A stretch of 60,446 bases of DNA from a virus. Taxonomy: Duplodnaviria > Caudoviricetes. The notes below the pieces were generated by a model, which searched no databases, had not been told where the DNA came from, and saw only the letters and a program-made list of their open reading frames with translations. A program made the translations under genes and the position numbers. Shown piece by piece: positions 55,764 through 60,446 of the stretch. The number at the start of each line of letters is the position of its first letter. The first letter of the stretch is position 1. The stretch lies in the IMG/VR virus record IMGVR_UViG_3300023245_000015, positions 1 through 60,446 of that record; one strand, 5' to 3'.

Positions 55764-57143
55764 TTAAGATGTTTTATAGGTTCCGCATATCCTAAGCACG
55801 CCATTACTTACATAATCAAGCTGTAGCGGGGGAAAGTTTGTGTTGCTGTCAGTTCCAAAATACATACTCGATGAGCTTGCAAATCCTTTAGTCACATCAG
55901 TTGGAGAGAACATGTTCCCAGAAACCTGCGATTGTTGCGTATACGAATCTTGAGATGATGTAAAGGGCAAACCTGTCAGAAGCGAGTACGCAGAACCTTG
56001 CGATGCTATCGTCCCTAATACAATGTAGATTTGAATGTAAACGGTGTTTCCTATTTTAGTGTAGGTGCCGTTTTGAGAGGTGTAGGGAGCCGTGATAGCT
56101 CCTCCTGTCGACCTTGTAAGCGTAGGAGTAAAAGTCCCCTCCTCGTAATCATCCAGCAGATTAGCCGCTGCCGTTCCGCCGATGTACGCGCCACCTGTGA
56201 GGGTAGTTGCACCGCTGACAGCAAGTGTACTGCCCATAGTGACCGCGCCGGTACTGGCTAGGTATATAGAATTATTGCCGTTGTTTGTAAACTGTAGCGC
56301 CCCAGACGCATGGGTAGTTCGTATATAGCTGGTTGTATTTCTATCAAAAGTTAGCTCTACGCCATTCGCAAGCAACCTCAAATTCGCTACTGATCCCGCG
56401 ACTTTTATTTCGCCAGATGAATTTACAGACCCAGCGGCTAGGGTGCTAGTGCCTATATCAATAGCGCCGAAGCCGGACGTAATCGAGCCTGAATTCAAAG
56501 CGCCTGTTGTGACTAGGTTAGATAGAGTGGTAATAGCGGTTTGAGACGCGCCTGTGACTGTAGCTGCGCTGCCGGAAGCGTTGCCCGTTAGAGCGCCTAC
56601 AAAGCTCGTAGATGTGATCGAGGTTGCGCCTGTGACTACGCCAGCGTCTACAATAATAGCCCCGTCAAGGACAATCTGCTGACCCGCAAGAGGCGTTATT
56701 AGTAAGTCTGTGCCCGCTGTAGAGCTAAGGGTATTCCCGTTTAGGTTTAGATTGTCAACTTGGAGCGCGGTTAATGTGCCTACGCTAGTTACGTTGGTTT
56801 GCGCTGCTGTTGAGAGAGTCCCCTCTATGGTATCAAACCAGCCCTTGAGCCATCTAACAGCAGTTGAGCCGATAGAATCAGTCGAGTCTGTGTCGCTTAG
56901 AATATCGCCGCCAGAGACTATGCCGCCAGACGCAGTTACAGCACCATCTTTAAGCAAAACCCCATCAACCGTAACACCAGCAGCGCCAGTTTTCTCGGCA
57001 ATAGAATCAGTCGCCGTAGCGTCCCACATAGCCTGTTGGGTTGTCTTTTTGGAAGTCCCGCCACCCGTTTCCTGTATCTCAAATTCGTCAGTCCCGACCG
57101 GAGTCGTTTTTGATGTGAGTTCGCTTATTTCTTTTTCAGCCAT
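55764..57143 (-). CDS. tail fibre protein
   Basis: KEISELT anchor; ANLLDDYEEGTFTPTL...YTKIGN.V C-terminal domain. Confidence 0.8.
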   Translation of the reverse strand: MAEKEISELTSKTTPVGTDEFEIQETGGGTSKKTTQQAMWDATATDSIAEKTGAAGVTVDGVLLKDGAVTASGGIVSGGDILSDTDSTDSIGSTAVRWLKGWFDTIEGTLSTAAQTNVTSVGTLTALQVDNLNLNGNTLSSTAGTDLLITPLAGQQIVLDGAIIVDAGVVTGATSITSTSFVGALTGNASGSAATVTGASQTAITTLSNLVTTGALNSGSITSGFGAIDIGTSTLAAGSVNSSGEIKVAGSVANLRLLANGVELTFDRNTTSYIRTTHASGALQFTNNGNNSIYLASTGAVTMGSTLAVSGATTLTGGAYIGGTAAANLLDDYEEGTFTPTLTRSTGGAITAPYTSQNGTYTKIGNTVYIQIYIVLGTIASQGSAYSLLTGLPFTSSQDSYTQQSQVSGNMFSPTDVTKGFASSSSMYFGTDSNTNFPPLQLDYVSNGVLRICGTYKTS

Positions 57144-57158
57144 GTGCTACCCCGAAAT

Positions 57159-57521
57159 CTATGTGATTTCAATTCCGTAAAGTGTGAAAGTTAAGGCGCT
57201 GCCCGTTGCCGTACTGACCGCGAAATTTCCCGAATTCTTGACCGCAATAAAACAGTCGTTTTGCCATGTTGCATTGGCCGCTACGCTCGTACTCCATTCC
57301 AGCGCGGTTTCTTCGCTGTATGTCGTTCCGTCCTGATCGTGAAACAACTTAAACGTCGCCGCTGTGCCGGTAGTGTTGACTACCTTAATCATCTTGATAA
57401 CGCCCGTTACGTTGTTCGCTGGCGCGTATATGCTCGCAGCACTCGTACCAGAAGGTCGAGATTGCGCGAGCTGTTTGGATATCTCACGGTTTAAAAACGA
57501 TACCGGCTTATTACCTGCCAC
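57159..57521 (-). CDS. hypothetical virion protein
   Basis: Beta-rich, ends in GIEIT; in the tail cluster. Confidence 0.6.
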   Translation of the reverse strand: MAGNKPVSFLNREISKQLAQSRPSGTSAASIYAPANNVTGVIKMIKVVNTTGTAATFKLFHDQDGTTYSEETALEWSTSVAANATWQNDCFIAVKNSGNFAVSTATGSALTFTLYGIEIT

Positions 57522-58893
57522 CTCCCGCCTCCCTTAATTCAACGTCAATGCCTGATATCTCGGTAAAATCCGCTGTAGGATTTAGTTGGAAGCGCATATA
57601 TCTAGCGTTAGCCCTGATAGAAACCTTGCCCTCTGAATTAGAGCTGCCAGTAACCGTTGTAGCCGTATCAGATAAGGCGGTTTTCTTGCTGACTGTAATG
57701 TTGTGCGCTGAATCGACTATTCCCCTGCCGCTAACCGTTTGCGCCCTGCCTTGTCCTGCCTGCATATCACCAGTTGATAGAACCGCCGATTGTTGCGGCC
57801 CATCGAATAAAACCAGCTTGTTATCGCTGTTGAATCCAGCAAGGGCTTGGCCGTTCTTCAGTGAGGCTGTATGAAAAGAAGTGATACTGGCATCTGATTC
57901 CGTCCACTGGTCGATTTTGTAATTGTAGACAATGAGTTTATTCACTCCGCCCACTGGGTAACTCCAACAAACAACCGAATCCCGTGGGGACAAAGCCGCC
58001 TGCACAACATCACCGAAAGAAACCACCCGAGTCTCACCCAATCCAGTAACGCGGGTATCACCACCTGACGTTGAGCGCGTTTTATCGAAGCCAGCAAAAA
58101 AGGTGTTTGAAACCCTTTCTTCTGCAATGTTGACACTCTCCGCCCCGTTGAAGATTTGGAAACCCTCTTCGGATAAATAGTATGTATTTCCCTTGTGTTC
58201 AATAATTGAAGCCGAATCTATGCAGCCAATGGCGCCTTCAATCTCATCGAATGTGAATCTCAGATCGCCGCCAACAAAATCCATTCGCGTTACAGCGTTC
58301 TCTTGCAGGATTACGCCATACTCGCCACCAGTGCCGCCGACAACTGGCCCGCCACTAGTAAACTCCTGATTACCACCGCCCTCTGGAATTGTCCAAGTTT
58401 GCGAATCATCAACGGCAGAGAATTTGACCTGATAACGAGACCCGTCTTGTACGTCAACCGCGATAACGATATTCCGCACCACAATAAAATTCTTCGCTAT
58501 TGGCGCGTTCGTCAAATCAGAAAATACTGAGTCAGAGGCTAGAACGAACTTTTGCGGGTTATCAATTCCGTTAGTCGCGATTAGCCGCGTACCAAATACA
58601 GTGAACCGCCAAAACTCCGAAGCACTCACGCCGCCCGCTGGCGTAACGTCAGTCCATACAGTACCGTTAAGCCTATACAAGCCGCTCTCTGTGCCTGCGA
58701 AAGTCTCCCGCGTACCATCGACCCTACGGAAAGAAACAGCGCCTACAGGAGCCTCTACTAGCGCATCCGACACAGCCCTCGGCCCCATGAAAGGAGCAAA
58801 CCCGTTTTGCACCGCTAGAACATTCGTTGCAGTGATGCAGGTATTATTGAAAGCTGGCTGATCTGGCGTCCAAGGGCCGAACTGAATCATCAC
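57511..58893 (-). CDS. tail tubular/stabilisation protein
   Basis: FG.W.PDQP start, W.F..FG, IGC, LSEEGF..F.G, L.VYNY....W. Confidence 0.7.
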   Translation of the reverse strand: MMIQFGPWTPDQPAFNNTCITATNVLAVQNGFAPFMGPRAVSDALVEAPVGAVSFRRVDGTRETFAGTESGLYRLNGTVWTDVTPAGGVSASEFWRFTVFGTRLIATNGIDNPQKFVLASDSVFSDLTNAPIAKNFIVVRNIVIAVDVQDGSRYQVKFSAVDDSQTWTIPEGGGNQEFTSGGPVVGGTGGEYGVILQENAVTRMDFVGGDLRFTFDEIEGAIGCIDSASIIEHKGNTYYLSEEGFQIFNGAESVNIAEERVSNTFFAGFDKTRSTSGGDTRVTGLGETRVVSFGDVVQAALSPRDSVVCWSYPVGGVNKLIVYNYKIDQWTESDASITSFHTASLKNGQALAGFNSDNKLVLFDGPQQSAVLSTGDMQAGQGRAQTVSGRGIVDSAHNITVSKKTALSDTATTVTGSSNSEGKVSIRANARYMRFQLNPTADFTEISGIDVELREAGGGR

Positions 58894-60146
58894 TTCTTAG
58901 GCACTCCCGACAAGCGAGGATCTGGCGCGTCTAAAATGTCCCTGAACTTTTGATCTTCTGCTAACTTGTTAACCCTTGATGTAAAGTCCCCATTCAAGAA
59001 ACCTTTTGTTAATTCGTCAATCTGAGAGCCTGAAAATGAACTAGGGGCTTTCTTTATCGTTTCTAACACTTGCTTAGATAATCCCGATTCATCCTTCGAC
59101 ATATCAGCATAAAAGCTAGTCATAGCCGTTCGAGGGATTGAGTGCATAAAATCAGCAGCTTTAGGAAATGCAGACAACATTCCTTCTGGCCCGCTTCTCG
59201 ATCCTGTAACGCCTAGAGTAGCGCCAACAATCAACATGCTGGCTACTTTGTTAAATCCAGCATCATCGGCAGCAAAAATACTATTCTCGCCAGGTGAGAA
59301 TTGTTGAGCCAAACTAACTAGATTACCCATCACGCCAGCATATAGCGCGAGCGCAGCAACTTTGCCCTCAAGCGTGGTCGGCGCCTTTATTGATCCCCCT
59401 GTCATCTTCGGAATTAAGTGGAACATTCCGCCAATGCCTGTATTTACAAGACTGGCCGCCATTTGAGTTCCAGCAGACATAGCGGCAGCCTCCATAGGAT
59501 CGCCGCCCTGAATCGCCGCAAGCGTCAAACCCTCTATTGAAGTTTCTCCAGCGCGCCCTAGTCCTCTCGCTATATCCCTGAAAGTCTCGGAATCAGCAAT
59601 ATCCTTTGAGAATCTAGCCGTACCAGTATCTTTAGCTTTTTTGCCGAGATACTTAGAAAGATTGTCTATTGTGCCTTCTATTTTCTGGTCAAATACACCG
59701 CCACTTCGCCCGCCCATCAATGGCGCTCGACCCGTTGCCAAAGTCGCAACATCACCCAATACGCCGCCAGCCATTTGGCCCATTGGCGCTTGCTGTTGGA
59801 CGTTATCGCGACGATCCATATTCTCTTGGAAATTTCCGCTAGTGTTTGGCACACCTAAAAGACTCATGGCGCTGTCTAGTCCGGCCGCCGATTCTCGACC
59901 GCTTGGCAATCCTAAAAGCCCCTCTTGCGGATATGGTTGATCCTGATACCCCATAATCTTGCGGGTAGCGTTACCTATGCCCCTAGATGCCCTCATAGGC
60001 AATTCAAGCAGGCCCATAGCATTCCCTAGCAATCCTTCAGCACCACCTTGCATAGCGCCTTCACCGAATGAAGCATCTTGCTGCGGTTGTTTGGCTTGCT
60101 GCCGAGCCTCAATTCTTGCCCGCATATCCTTGGCGATAGATCCCAT
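58890..60146 (-). CDS. putative internal virion protein
   Basis: Gly/Ala/Met-rich, next to the tail genes. Confidence 0.55.
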   Translation of the reverse strand: MGSIAKDMRARIEARQQAKQPQQDASFGEGAMQGGAEGLLGNAMGLLELPMRASRGIGNATRKIMGYQDQPYPQEGLLGLPSGRESAAGLDSAMSLLGVPNTSGNFQENMDRRDNVQQQAPMGQMAGGVLGDVATLATGRAPLMGGRSGGVFDQKIEGTIDNLSKYLGKKAKDTGTARFSKDIADSETFRDIARGLGRAGETSIEGLTLAAIQGGDPMEAAAMSAGTQMAASLVNTGIGGMFHLIPKMTGGSIKAPTTLEGKVAALALYAGVMGNLVSLAQQFSPGENSIFAADDAGFNKVASMLIVGATLGVTGSRSGPEGMLSAFPKAADFMHSIPRTAMTSFYADMSKDESGLSKQVLETIKKAPSSFSGSQIDELTKGFLNGDFTSRVNKLAEDQKFRDILDAPDPRLSGVPKK

Positions 60147-60446
60147 TATTTAGTCCCGCCGCTTAGATAGTTGTCTTGCTCATCTTTCGTGAGGAAAAAC
60201 CAGTTTTTTGCAATGTACGCTTGATCTTCTGCGCTCTCATTTTCAAAGCCTGGAATAGCGATAAAAGGCTTCATAATCTTCTGGTAAGGGGATTCGTCGA
60301 TATCAAAGCCGCTCGCTCTACCTTCCTCTAACGCTAAACCAGTCATAAAGGAAAGTGTCTTGCCGATAGCGCCGTATGTCATATCGAGAGAAGGAGTTGC
60401 ACCAGAAGCAGCTTCACGCGCCGCGTTAGTTACGGCTTGCCCGCCA
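60146..60446 (-). CDS. 3' end of a putative internal virion gene, probably truncated by the window edge
   Basis: Frame coupled to the next ATG. Confidence 0.5.
   Translation of the reverse strand, partial: GGQAVTNAAREAASGATPSLDMTYGAIGKTLSFMTGLALEEGRASGFDIDESPYQKIMKPFIAIPGFENESAEDQAYIAKNWFFLTKDEQDNYLSGGTK

Noticed and set aside
1-60446. Genome-wide stop-codon reassignment
   Set aside because: Core genes are intact in the standard code, and TAA, TAG and TGA all end coupled genes

Overview
The window is entirely phage DNA and appears to join at least two different podovirus-like genomes. Element 1 (~470-49,700) looks nearly complete. It has an APSE/BPP-1-type replication module (AEP/D5 primase-helicase, DUF2800 Cas4-like nuclease, DUF2815 SSB, family A DNA polymerase, VRR-NUC, SNF2 helicase). 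It also has a long minus-strand virion operon (TerS, HslV-like protease, TerL, portal, scaffold, N4-gp56-like capsid, tail proteins, split polyvalent ejection proteins) and a divergent early region with a T3-like SAM lyase. Element 2 (~49,800-60,446) is partial, with its own early cassettes, lysis genes, HNH nucleases and tail genes, several of which duplicate element 1 functions. No integrase, reverse transcriptase or CRISPR array was seen. The best candidate for an undescribed system is at 7268-7801: a tRNA-Asp followed 4 nt later by an 83-nt RNA that has the hallmarks of the tRNA-like domain of tmRNA but no tag-reading frame, then a frameshifted nucleotidyltransferase. Other notable items are pseudoknots upstream of the SSB and polymerase genes, a 66-bp inverted repeat around an AT-rich core (candidate origin), and exact DNA blocks shared by the two tail-fibre genes. 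All family assignments come from motif recognition by eye; no database searches were run.
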